Shown here: piece after piece, positions 1-12,060 of the stretch | Numbering within the stretch: the first letter of the stretch is position 1 | How the letters are laid out: each line of letters begins with the position of its first letter | Assembly (NCBI GenBank): GCA_910592345.1 | Contig: CAJVPI010000108.1 | Span: 1 to 53,493 of the forward strand | Direction: 5' to 3' | DNA from: Paraglomus brasilianum | Lineage: Eukaryota | DNA length: 53,493 bases | Position numbers and translations under genes: made by a program | The notes under the pieces: generated by a model | The model's input: the letters and a program-made list of their open reading frames with translations, nothing else | Told to the model about the DNA's origin: nothing | The model's database searches: none

Positions 1-774
1 TAAACATTCTTGAAGGCATTATGACAAGGAATGTCATAATGAATAACTACTAATGATAACAAATAGGACTTGTAGTTAACTTTAAGTGATTATTTATCCA
101 CTCAACTCAGCAACTGTGATTTGTTGTCACACACAGTTAATTGGAAGGTTAGCATTTTATTAGCTGATTAACAGATATCACAGCTGATTAAAAAACTCTT
201 CTATTGTTGTTTATTTCATTATGTTTAATACTACAATTAACTTCATTGTAGTCAATATACATGCATGTCTGATGGTATTCTAATTGAAAGTGAGTCATAT
301 CCCATCTCTGCAACAAAAGTCAAGCGTCTTTTTTAGTTTTCGGAGCAAGTAAGAATGGAGAATCGATATTTCACAAATAGTCAAAGTCATTTGTTTTGCT
401 GACGATGATTTTTAAAAACAATTACCTCAAGACTTAGCAGCGTAATTGTGATAAAGTTTTCTTCGACTACCCCACGTATTACAACGTTAATGCTACTTCT
501 GTAATTATTGGTCATTCAAAGCCTAGTTTTACTGATCATTTGTTGAAAAACTTCCGTCTCTGTTAGAGAATTTTATCAATTCCACATAATGGACGTTTTA
601 TGCTTGTGAAGGAACCAGTGGTCGATACCGGTGCATTACATATAATAATAAACACAATTCTTAGGCTGGTGTCCGTTCGGTTAAATAACGTACCAGTCTC
701 GCCGTTGTTTAATACATCTCAGCGATCATTATGTCATGCAGTTTTGCATGTTTCCTTTCGTGTGCTTCACAGTA

Positions 775-1240
775 CAGTCAGACCTCTCCAAATGCACGTC
801 GTCGGGACCGACGATGCGCTTGCATTTATGCATTTAGAGAACGCCAATCATTTTGTTTCGCGTGACCTCTTCGCATAATATTTAAGGTTTCAACTGAGAG
901 AAAAGGATATCTTTAATGCTTCCGAGAAGCGTCCTCAAGTCGCCTTACAACTTTACTTAATCGTACTAATCCACGATCCTGTTCTAGCCTTATAATCCAA
1001 AGGCAATAATAACAAGTCATTCGACCTCTTAGTCCAATTATGTAACCAGCAAAGATATCATGAACATTTATTACGTAATTATTTGTAGACCAATGATATT
1101 CAGAGGGCCGAAAGAAAGCTTGCAATTGCAGAACATAGAATGTGCACTTATCTCTTAAATCCCATCATGGGACCAAGCAATTGCTGTGCATTTAGAGAAA
1201 AGTTGCATTAAGAGAGGTTGCATTTAGAGAGGTCTGGCTG
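775..1240. mobile_element. pogo/Tigger-like MITE (466 bp), TA target-site duplication
   Basis: Left end CAGTCAGACCTCTCCAAATGCA (775) matches the reverse complement of the right end CAGCCAGACCTCTCTAAATGCA (ending 1240) at 20/22. TA flanks both ends (773-774, 1241-1242). Subterminal GCATT(T/A)AGAGA repeats near 830, 1188, 1204, 1220. Confidence 0.85.
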
Positions 1241-1581
1241 TACACAGTTTTCTTTAGTAAATTTTAAATTATACGCTATACCGATACCCAAAACATATCC
1301 AACCAGCCAAGCCGGCCAAGCGTTTTCTTTACTAAAAAAGGCAACCGTAGACTCAGCTTGGATATAAAATTTTACACTAATGACGGAAAATCTGTTATAT
1401 CTGTCTGTGTTATTATCACACGATCCTTGTAGATGTCTGTCTAGAGTATCACATATTTAAATAACGCTACGAAAAAGCATTTTCTCTTGGTGGAGATATT
1501 CTAAAGTATGCAATACATTTGTATATAATTAGACATTGACTTTGCACTTGTATATTCTTTCAATCTTTGAATAAAGTGGTA

Positions 1582-2100
1582 CAGCCGTCCCCCTCTACAG
1601 TCACACCTTCGGTTCCCCTGAAACCAGTGACTGTAAAGAGGGGGTGACTGTAGAGGAGGCCCTCTATATAATCTCAATATCTATACAATTTATTGTTAAG
1701 TGCTTGTAAAGAGGTTTATATTAAGACTATACTTATTATTAAAATGTGATGCAATGTCAGTACTTGTGTCCATGCTGTTATCGTTTGAATAAATACAAAT
1801 CTCATGTCGTAAAGCATTAGTAATTTGCGTTCTCTTTTTTTTCTTGGCTGGAGAATTTATAGACATTTTTACGTAAAGAATACACATTCTCAAATCTCAT
1901 CCAATCATTTTATTTATATCATGTGATGTGACTATAAGGAGGTAAATTTTCATATTTATCGTCCTGTGATAGGGACTATAAGCAGATTGGGACTGTATGG
2001 AGGTAATTTTACTATGAAATCGGTCGGTTCCGTAAAAAGGTGTGACTGTAACCCAATTGTGCTTATAGAGGGGGTGACTGTAGAGAGGGATGCTTGGCTG
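1582..2100 (-). mobile_element. Internally deleted pogo/Tigger-like DNA transposon carrying a transposase N-terminal HTH fragment
   Basis: Imperfect TIRs (TA-CAGCCGTCCCCCTCTACAGTCAC vs GTGACTGTAGAGAGGGATGCTTGGCTG) and repeated GTGACTGTA motifs. Minus-strand peptide KKKRTQITNALRHEICIY...TDIASHFNNKYSLNI (1696-1866) resembles the CENP-B-type N-terminal HTH of pogo transposases. Confidence 0.75.
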
Positions 2101-3419
2101 GATATGGCTCACTGGTTTAATTATATGGAAAGTGGAATGAGCTTTTTTTACAATTTGCAAATCCGAAATAATAGGACTATCCCTATTACTATATAAATTT
2201 AAATATGAAACTAATTTACATCCACTATGGGAACAGCACAATTAAAAGTATTTTAAAGAAAGAACACGGGAAAAAAATATAGCACCTTATGTTTTTAAAA
2301 TCAATGATACCCAAACTCTCCAGGAATATCTATAGATAAAGAAGAATCACTTATGAAATTTATCAAGAAGAACGAAAAATAAAAATCATTAACACCAACT
2401 TATGATGAACCAAGAAAGAAATGAAAACTAGAAGCATAAGCAAATGGCTGCTCTTTCATTATCGTTGGATTGTTATTAATAATCGGGACAAATTTTCTAT
2501 ATACTGCTCGAGTTAGAATGACAATAAATACGATAATTTTGGTTCGTTCGTTGGCCCCAACCACTACAACTCTGGCACAATTCATGACCAGCAAACCATT
2601 ATCGTATTAGAAATAATAAAAATTAGTAAAAAAGAAACATTAGAATAAATCATTAGGAAGGCAGCAGATCCAAACTTTAGGAGACGATGCGCAAAAACTG
2701 TTTGATCAGCGTTTGATAGACTGGAAGATTGGTTATAAAACCAGCACAATTTTTGCTTAAAAAATAAATTTACAATCAATCAAATTACAAACATTAAATA
2801 ATCACTATCAAACGCATTTGTTCCATAAGAAACAAATCTACAAAATGCTCACTTCTGTTGAATTCTTTTGCGGGATATTAATTGGACTTATTTTCAGCCT
2901 CTCGCTGCATTATAATACTTAAGCTCGACAATATAAACAATAGTTCGAGTGGTTGGGCCAGGAAAATTTAAAGTAAAATCTAAATCCACTAAATTACTCA
3001 GTGAGCGAAAATACTTAGGAACATTGAAAATCTGTGGAAAGATAAATTATTTAATAAAAAACTTGAGCCAGACTCAGCTAACTGAAATCTACACACGTGA
3101 AGGAAAAGGCATTGCTGCCTCAACTCTAAAACTTTTACCTGCAAAAAACCAATCCACGGAAAATGCAGTACAGGAATGGGTTAATAAAGGAAAGAGAGAC
3201 AGTGATAGCATTGTCTGCAACTATTTCAATCGCTTCTTTAATGTTTAGTTTTTTCATCTCTTGTCCTTCATTCAACTCACGAATCCATTGTGATACTAAT
3301 ATCTTTCGATAATAAACTTTAAAATTGCGAATAATTCATCGCCTAATTCATTGCCTGATTTTATGGCCTGATTATTTTATGGCCTGATTTTATTGCATCA
3401 CCTAACCACATGTACGGCT

Positions 3420-3622
3420 GTCCCGCACAAATAATATATAGAAGTGGCATGATTTTTTGTGTAATTTAGGGGATATAAATGAGGTTGGATAACTATAAAA
3501 TTGGAAAATTGGGATTGTGAAAGTTGGGGTATAATTAGAATAGGGAAATTCGTCCCGCACCAAAGCTGGGATATAAGTGAGGTTGGGATATAACTGAAGG
3601 GGATATAACTGAGGTATGACTG
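3420..3622. mobile_element. Partial pogo-like MITE (one terminus preserved)
   Basis: Three GGGATATAA(C/G)TGA repeats at 3568-3614 end in GAGGTATGACTG followed by TA. GTCCCGCAC occurs at 3420 and 3552, with another GGGATATAAATGAGG near 3470. No matching left TIR seen. Confidence 0.55.
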
Positions 3623-6600
3623 TATGTTGTTTGTAAAAAGTAATAAAGAAGACATTAAATGTATCAATTATTATTATCGTAAATTTCACTTGTTTTGCAA
3701 TTCATACTTATAATTACTTATGTCCGTATTATTTTCTATAATGCACGTAAAAAACATTGATTGGAGACTTTTTTATTTCTTTTGATAGCATAAAAAGAAT
3801 GTTCGACAATTAGATGCTGCAAAAAAAAAATATAGGAATGTAACTGCTGTTACTATTGTGCAAAAAAAAAAAGTCTATACAAAACGTAGAAGCGAATTAA
3901 TTCCGAGCAATTAACTGCAATACAGACACGTTACTAAAACTCCCTGATTGACATCGGCTGAACGTGTTAGTGCTTGCATTATGAATAAAAGTTCCTCGCG
4001 ATAGTCAGCAGTACTTGCAGGCGACACCATTCAACGTCTACCTCAATTGGAGCATATTCCCTACGTCTTATAATAAAGTAATTGCTCAAACGAAACTTCA
4101 GCGACGCACCAACAATGCTTATCTCTATATCTCGCGATTTCGTGTTACACATTTACTGGTGGTCCATTCATTGTATGCAAGACATCGCATCGGGCATCTA
4201 GACAGTCCCAGTAATGTCTACCCATTCTGAAACTCCGTTCACTCCTTTTCTCACCAACATTATTTAAAACATCAAGCACGCCAAGATCATGTGATGTCCA
4301 TTTCTTTTAGCACCATAATACTAAAGAAGTAGGTTTAGATTCCTACTATAGATGTTGTGTCTGAGTTGGGGCCCAAACTGAGATGCAACATAGATAAGGT
4401 TTACGAATCAGTGATCACTCACGTGTTCCGAAAGGCAAGGTGCTCTATCTCTTTCGAGACAGATACCCAAATACTCCTTTGAGGTTTTGTGGAAGCCGTA
4501 ACCCGTTTCTTTATGGAGGCATTCTTTATTTGTTTATTTATCCGGCTTACTACAAGGCTTGTATTCGGGTATTTCTTTCATGATCAAACGATTTACCTTT
4601 GCCTTTGGTAACGTAAATGTTTAGTAAAGCGTACCAAAAACTTTATGGGAAATTTGATATATTCAAATCATCCAATCAGATTAAAGCTGTTATATTTTCA
4701 CACGGTTGTTGTTACTAACACTAACACTGACTAATCTTATCAAACTAAAATTATGCCACAAAAGGTTAATCCCAGAGACAAATTCATTCAGCACGCTGTT
4801 TGCTTTTTATAAGAGCATGTAGCTTGGCTTCAGTAAAAACTCTGCACTGCTTAGTATTAGTTATGATCTGTCCTCATGATGGCGGTTCGTCAAACGGAAT
4901 TTGTTCCAATGGATATGTATATATGCTCTATTCTTTCGCAGTCATGAGGAATACAACGTAAACTTTATTCTGTGTAGGTCCATAGCGCTAAAAAGTTCTA
5001 ACTTTATTTGTCTACTTTAACTCGTTTGCGGTAAACTTAGCTTGATCAAAAATAGTAAACAAGCATTTAAAACGCTTGCATATTGCAGACGCATTATTGA
5101 CCTACTCATTGAAAAGGAACGCCACACTTCACAATTCATAATGTTAGACTGAAATTCTGAATTAACACTTGTTCACTGGAAACGAACTGGTTGTGGCGAC
5201 AATAAATGGTGTTGCTGAAATCCTTGTGACTTCATTTATCTAACAAGTGATAAAAGCAAACATACATCACCAACGAGTATATCTTTTCGCTCATTTAAAA
5301 GCATATCTGTCGGGGAATTCTAACTAGGCTAAGTGATAATTCGCGAAACCCCAATTTTTGCAGTCTAAATATTATGATTCATAACCTTTGTGGAAATAAA
5401 TTGAGGCCGCCGATATGGTGCAACTTGACATAACGAACATATATACCTTTCTCCTTGCGATAAAACTAGTATGTATAGGTGTTTTCTTTTATCCCTACTA
5501 TTTTCTCTAGTCCCAGTCACTCTCTCGCCTGCATGTCACATCACATAGCATTTATCGCCTACCCCCCACAACCCCAATTTACATCAAACTGTTAATTACT
5601 ATACCCGACTTTAATCGGTTTCCCACGCATTGACTATTCCTTCTTTGGTCAATACTATCAGCAGTCTAGAATGGCCTAAAATATCTGTTACTCCCGTTGG
5701 CCCATTCAGGATGCTTGTACAACAATTGGATTTATTCGCTCAATAAATACGTTGGGGACAAGCGATCGTTCTAGGCTTCTGTGTGATAAGACTGTATCCA
5801 GTTACAAGTCTCGAAATATTGGCGTGTTCGATGAGGGATTTAATTTAATTTTCAACTCTTGGAAATCGGGAGATCGGTTGGTGTTTTAGATCAACGTAAC
5901 TAATGTTTATTGGAGAGAATGTTCCAAATGACAACCGAATTGCTCATTTCAAATGCTCGTAAAGTTATAGCCGTCAGGTATCTTGTGTATGTTTAACAAT
6001 CACAAAAGATTCAGGGGGTTCTCAAACGCAACGAAAGCTAGTAGCACCAGACAGTAGTCAAGATCTATGGTATAATAAGACGCAAATGGGACCTTTAGCA
6101 AGTAAACCATACTACAATTGGATGGTTGACTAACAATCGACAGTGAATTTTTGTTGTGTTTTTATTTGCACAGATAAATTTAGTTAAACATATTATTAAT
6201 GCATGCCCTTAGTCAACTGCAACAATCAATTATCCTGTCCCATTGCAATAAATTTATTTTACATATCGTAATAAAATCACGCCACTGTTGTTATCGTGTT
6301 CACGTGTTCATTAATACAATCCCAAAGCGAACACCGGCCGGTCTCTTAAATACATTTGTTTACTAGCAATACCGGTTTTCTCACGCTACACAAAAGATAT
6401 TACAGGTTAAATGTTGAACAGCTGTTGGTATAATCCACACGTAATTAACGACATACGAAGAGCGTCATGTTTGAATATGTAATAGTAAGAAGATCCAAGG
6501 CTTATTTAGTTTCATTCATTACCAATCTGTTTGCTCGCAAATGCACAATTCTTCGCACGACTTTTTGATTCACAAAGCTTGGCAACTATTAAATTGGTAC

Positions 6601-8573
6601 GCAACGCAACATTCGATAATATTTTGTCCAATTCAAAACGCCCGCAAGGATAATAATGGTATCAAAGGTTACTGATATATGCCATTTATCGTTATCGCGC
6701 TGCTGCTAATTTGTCGTTACTGCTTTGTTATTGGTGTCCGCTGAGTCTATATGAGCTTATATAATCGAGCAACAGAATCTCGCTTGTTCTATATAACGCT
6801 ATATCGTTGAGCCATTCATTACCTTTCGAACAAACAAATCAAACAATAGGGCAGATCACTTTTGTTAAATATATGCGCTTTTTACTGGTTTGGTTAAAAT
6901 AGTCTTATAATCCTGGGGGACACACTCCAATTTAGTCTGAACAAATAAAAATTTATGCTTAAGACTATATTGTGATTTGTAATTGTTCACTCTTAAATAC
7001 CGCGTACAGGGTGTGAGAATCGGCCAGATCCTCCAAGGCGTATGGATTACAAAAGCAAAACACTGAGCCGATTGACACCTTTTCTCAAGTGAATTGATAT
7101 ATAATACTAATACTGAGTCATGCAGATCGTAAACAAAACCAGCTATAATCACTATAATCATATCACACTCGAGATCACATTTTATTATCCACTTGCACAT
7201 AATCACCTTGCTACGATTTGGCGTCCCCTCTCCCCCCTTTTTTTTACGTTCTATATCCCCTCCCTCTCTATCGCTGCCTCCCCCCACCCCTTTCGACAGA
7301 ACGTTTATCCTTGCTACGCTCATATTTCTTACGCCCATCGGGCCGCCCACGAGCCGCCCGCGAAGCCGTTTCTCAAGTTATTCTTGTGAGTACAAACTAT
7401 TTCGGATGGGCAAAATAAAGCAATTTTTGCGATTAGATATGGTTGGGAGATGAAAGATATATCAAGAATGGATTTAATTATCTTGCAGCAGCATTAGTCA
7501 CCACGATTTTATATTAGTTGTTACTTATACTTATCGTGTTTTGAATTGGACTTTGCCCGAGGAGATTCTGTGTACGACGAGAATGCCCTCCTGGCCACGC
7601 CTGGACGCAAGACGATCTTTCTGTGCGCAAAGCCAAGTTCAAGGCGTGTATGAAATATTGCCTATGGGGGCAAGATGTGATCTCACTATTCTAAAATTAG
7701 CATATGATTTGTGATTAGATGAAATGAGCGTAAATTCGGTAAACCCTTATCGTCGTTCGATTCAATGTCAATCAAAAGGAAACTTCTGTATCACGAAGAT
7801 GCACACTTTGTTAAGCATTAGATTTTCCCCACCCCTTATCCATTAACATGTGCCATCAAGAATAAAGAGCGAAACCCTTTAATCTGTTCCTTTAAGCAAT
7901 GAATGACAAATCGACTTCCCAAATATAATAAAGATTTGCGGATATTAAAATATACCTCTATTTACGTTGCATCAAAATGTTGTGTATTGGAAACCTAATC
8001 AACCCAATTATTAAATATTGCCATATTTGAATCAAGCCGGGTTTGGTCCATATGTGGCCAACTCTTCCGTCTAGACGGATATAACATTTTCCAACCATTT
8101 AGTGCTATTGGACGCTGTGTATATATTATTACCCTCAACCGTGCGCAACGGTTTGGGATTCAATTGTATTACGGAAGACCAGTTTTACAAAAATCCTAAT
8201 GGATTGCCTAATTAAGAAGCTCTAACAAAAGATGTTACGATTTCTCAATTAGCTCGTCAAAAAAACTTTAAAGTGGGCTGATCATTACCCCCTCGTTGAA
8301 ATTGGGAGGTCAAATAGCAATGCATTAACAAAAGACCCCCCCCCCAGCCCACTAGTACGGTTTTCAGCCATCCATCCAGCCATCAGTGTCAACACTTTAC
8401 ATACCATAGTCACCTGATCTATGACGCGAAATATGGTTGGTGAATTCTCGAGAACAATTGCGAGAATTGTCGTTAATGGAAACCATAATAAAATAAATAT
8501 TTATTTACCAAGTAAGTTAGAAGTTTAGGATAACAATTACTATATTGATTATCGATATAACAGTCTTCGAACA

Positions 8574-8733
8574 AAAAAAGTAAACTCGGTTTTTCTCATG
8601 TTGTTTTCAACAAGAGAATGCAGTCTGCCCGGGTAACCGTGCTTTTTTAACCACGGCTTTTGCATTAATATTTCCAACAATCAGCAAGCAAGCCTGGGGG
8701 AGTGGTCCATGGGAAAACCGAGTTTTCTTTTTT
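8574..8733. repeat. About 27-bp inverted repeat pair bounding 160 bp (possible small MITE)
   Basis: AAAAAAGTAAACTCGGTTTTTCTCATG (8574-8600) vs CATGGGAAAACCGAGTTTTCTTTTTT (8708-8733). No TSD identified. Confidence 0.55.
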
Positions 8734-9429
8734 ATTATTTTGATGGGTCTAAAAATCTTCCCAAAGCTGAAAATCTATTAGCCACGAAACATTTGCGAAA
8801 CCATAATCATACTATAACATGTGACTCTCAAATAATACGGTTTGTTCAACGAAGCTTATCGTAGAAAATTGGGACGTGTACCAATCAGCAGATAAACTGA
8901 TTATCAATGACACACTCATTGCATAGTATTTATAGTCATAAGGATCAATGTATGCGGGATTAAGGTCATTTGATCTCTCTAATCGTGGGTTTACTCCTGA
9001 CACATTTACAATTTGGGTAAACGATTATGACAGAAATTTGCCGAGGGATTAAAATCACACATGTCAATCGATTATTAATTAATTTGCTTTGTTACAACTT
9101 TCTTTAATATTAACTGATTCATATCCTCAATCTTGACTCTATTATCATCCTTTTTCTTATTGCACAGCATATAATCTTAGAGAGGACGGGGGATTGGTGT
9201 TTGTTTTTTCTCAAAGTTTCTATTATTATTCAGATATAATACACATTAAGAAATAATGATAAAATAACAAATAATGTAACGAGAAGATAACGGGGTTCGA
9301 GTATTTACAACAGACCATAGTCTTGAATCATCGAGACTCAAGCTCGGACATTAAATGTGAGAGTGGATAGTATAAAGTACTAAGTAGAATGAATACATAT
9401 GGTTTTGAACGGAGTCATTATTAGAAGGA

Positions 9430-9978
9430 TCAAGCTTTTGCTGATACGCGTTCTAATTCAGTCCGTAGTGATTCTTGCGTTACCGGTTTTGCCAAGAAAC
9501 CGTCCTAATTAATTAAAAAAGAACGGACGAGTTTGTGAGCGAACGAATTTTAATAGTTACATTACATACAGATTGTGCGAGTCATTCTCTGAATACTCAC
9601 CATTCCACATTCGAAAAATCTTTGCGATCTTTTATTGGTTGTATAAGCAATGATTGGTATCTTTCTATTTGTTTCCAATATTGCCGCCTCCTTTCTAATC
9701 ACAGTAGATGTCTCAACCCCGTCTAACCCGGGCATATCAATGTCCATGAATATTAAATCATACGCATCCATCCTCAACACTTGTAATCCTTCCTCTCCAG
9801 ATTCTAAACACGTGACACTGTGCCCAAACTCGCTTTCGAGCATTTTGGATAGTATCTTGCCAGTTATTAGATTATCGTCTATGACGAGTGATTTTATGGG
9901 CGTAAAGGAGGAGGGCGGAGAGCAAACAGCCCGATGCGGCTCGGAGAGTACTTTTGAAGTGGAAACTGTTGCAGTCAT
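9430..9978 (-). CDS. Single-domain CheY-like response-regulator receiver protein (about 150 aa, 2 exons: 9601-9978, 9430-9504)
   Basis: Receiver motifs LVIDDN, YDLIFMDIDMPGLDG, IPIIAYT. A GTGAGT..TAG intron (9505-9600) joins ECGM to DGFLAKPVT...SAKA*, restoring the conserved KP. First in-frame ATG is at 9978. Confidence 0.9.
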
Positions 9979-11974
9979 GATAATGTCTGATGGCGAAGAC
10001 GAGGCGTTCTCGTCTGAAAAGCTAGTGTGTGGTGGCAGGTCTGATTTTCGAAGAAGGTTGAATGTCAGGAAAAGTTGGATCGATGGAAGTATGATGAAAA
10101 TGGTGGATAAGAAGATATCGGCCGTGGTTGTGAGAGAGCGGGGGGGGAGTGTAAAGAACAGTTGTTGGGGAGAGGGATATAAGTCTGTTGCAGGTTTGTG
10201 ACACAAGTTCTCTTATATGGGGAAGTAGTAAATATACAACAAAATGTGAAATTTCGTCGTCGCAAGAGTTTAATGTTCTTAGTGATATATATAGCGTACG
10301 TTTATTGAAAAGCGAAATGGGTACAATATTTGATTGCGTCGTCTGTATGATAATAAACACCTTTAGAATCAATGATAAACGCAATTCTTAACGGTTGTTG
10401 GCAGAATAATCATCAATTAATGGGATAGTTATAATAGTCGTAACGATGGTAATAGAGTAGTATGGTACGTTGATGTTTGCAAAAAGAAAGTTGACTGATA
10501 TATATAGATATATATATTAATGTTATTATAGCAAAGGTGAGAGTGTGCTTTTAACCATTTGGTAACTTGCTCCACCAGCGGCAGAAGCGATTCTTTTATA
10601 TATATCGATCACAGAAAATTGCATGTATAGTATGCATATATAAATAAACAGATAAGCCATTACGGGTAATAATTATAACAGGTATTGTATAGAATAATAA
10701 TATATTTATAAACAGTATACAGAAATTTTTATTTATGTTATCCCTTACTATTACCATTTTCTAGAGTGGGCGGGGTACTAACGAATGGATGTCCATAAAA
10801 CCAAATATAGTTAAATATGTATTGACATACATAAACATATAGAATTTTCATTGTATCACCCCATTTGTACTTACTTAATGAAGAGGGTCACTCTTGGCCA
10901 AGCGCAATGGCCACCTCAATTTTATCACAAAATCTTGAAAAACATTGCCCCAGTCCAACTACTATCTATCACCCTGTCACAAACAAATTAGGACAGGATA
11001 GGCAGTACTATGTTAATATTAAGCCTACTACTGCCCTCAACCTATTTTTATTTTCATGTCGCTAAATGACGATATGAACCAGCAAGTCGAAATGCATGAT
11101 TGAATTTTTGACAGTCTTGTCATGCTCTACTATAACAAGTCTGGTTTCTGCCTCTATTATTACTATTACTATACGACCGATCGATCGCTATATCGTGGCT
11201 TGTCATGCACGTTGCAGATTATTAAAAACATGATTATTCCGCTCAGCCTTTTTGTCGAGACGTTCAACGTGGAAACACGATTGATCTTTTTGTAAACCCG
11301 AACGAGTCACATTGGAAACATTTTATCAACTAGCGTCATTTGAGTGTTCTAGGATGTTTATTGTAATAATATAAATGAGTGTGTCAGATGACAGACAATT
11401 AATGAATAACATGCAAGTCGTATCTCACATAAGACTTGCCTAAAATTTCCCACCGCAAAATATACAATTGGTACAGAAAACAGTCGCAACGATATAGTGA
11501 TAGCTCTTTCAGAGTAACAAGAAATCGTGTCTGGAATAAGTAACCGTTAAAAGCATTTTGTATTTCATAAATGCATTACCGATAAATGCATCAATACGGC
11601 TTTAATGAGCTTTTTGTTTCAGAACCAATGAAGGCAACGTTCTTTTCCTGTTCATTTTGTTTATTCAGAACTTGTGTTGTATATTTCTACTGGTTACCAA
11701 CAACAATTGTTTCTGGATCGTTTATTGTCATCGTCCTCCACACTAACATTTCTCACTGTTGCTTTACCTTATGTTGATACGGTGGTTTGTGTATGGCTAG
11801 CCTTGTATGCAAGCTTTTATTTGCGATGCTTGATTTGTCGACGAAAAAGTCAGGGATTTAGAATAATAGGCGTATCTGGTCGGCGTGTGAGACGGTTGTG
11901 AATAGCATATGATAAACACCTACATGGAACAAATACTTTAAGTTTTAATTTGTGTAGGACTGTATTTATTACTT

Positions 11975-12060
11975 TTGTTGTTGTTGTTCTTATTATTCTT
12001 GTTCTTATTATTCTTATTATTATTCTTGTTGTTCTTGTTATTCTTGTTATTCTTGTTGTT
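11975..12060. repeat. Degenerate trinucleotide microsatellite (TTG/TTC/TTA)n
   Basis: Directly visible low-complexity tract. Confidence 0.85.

Noticed and set aside
1400..1560. Kinase-like phrase LEYLHQEK on the minus strand
   Set aside because: No HRD or DFG motif in frame, so it is likely chance.
9650..10201. 183-aa plus-strand ORF, and similar antisense ORFs over OYE, SMC6 and RdRP
   Set aside because: These are shadow ORFs opposite well-supported genes.
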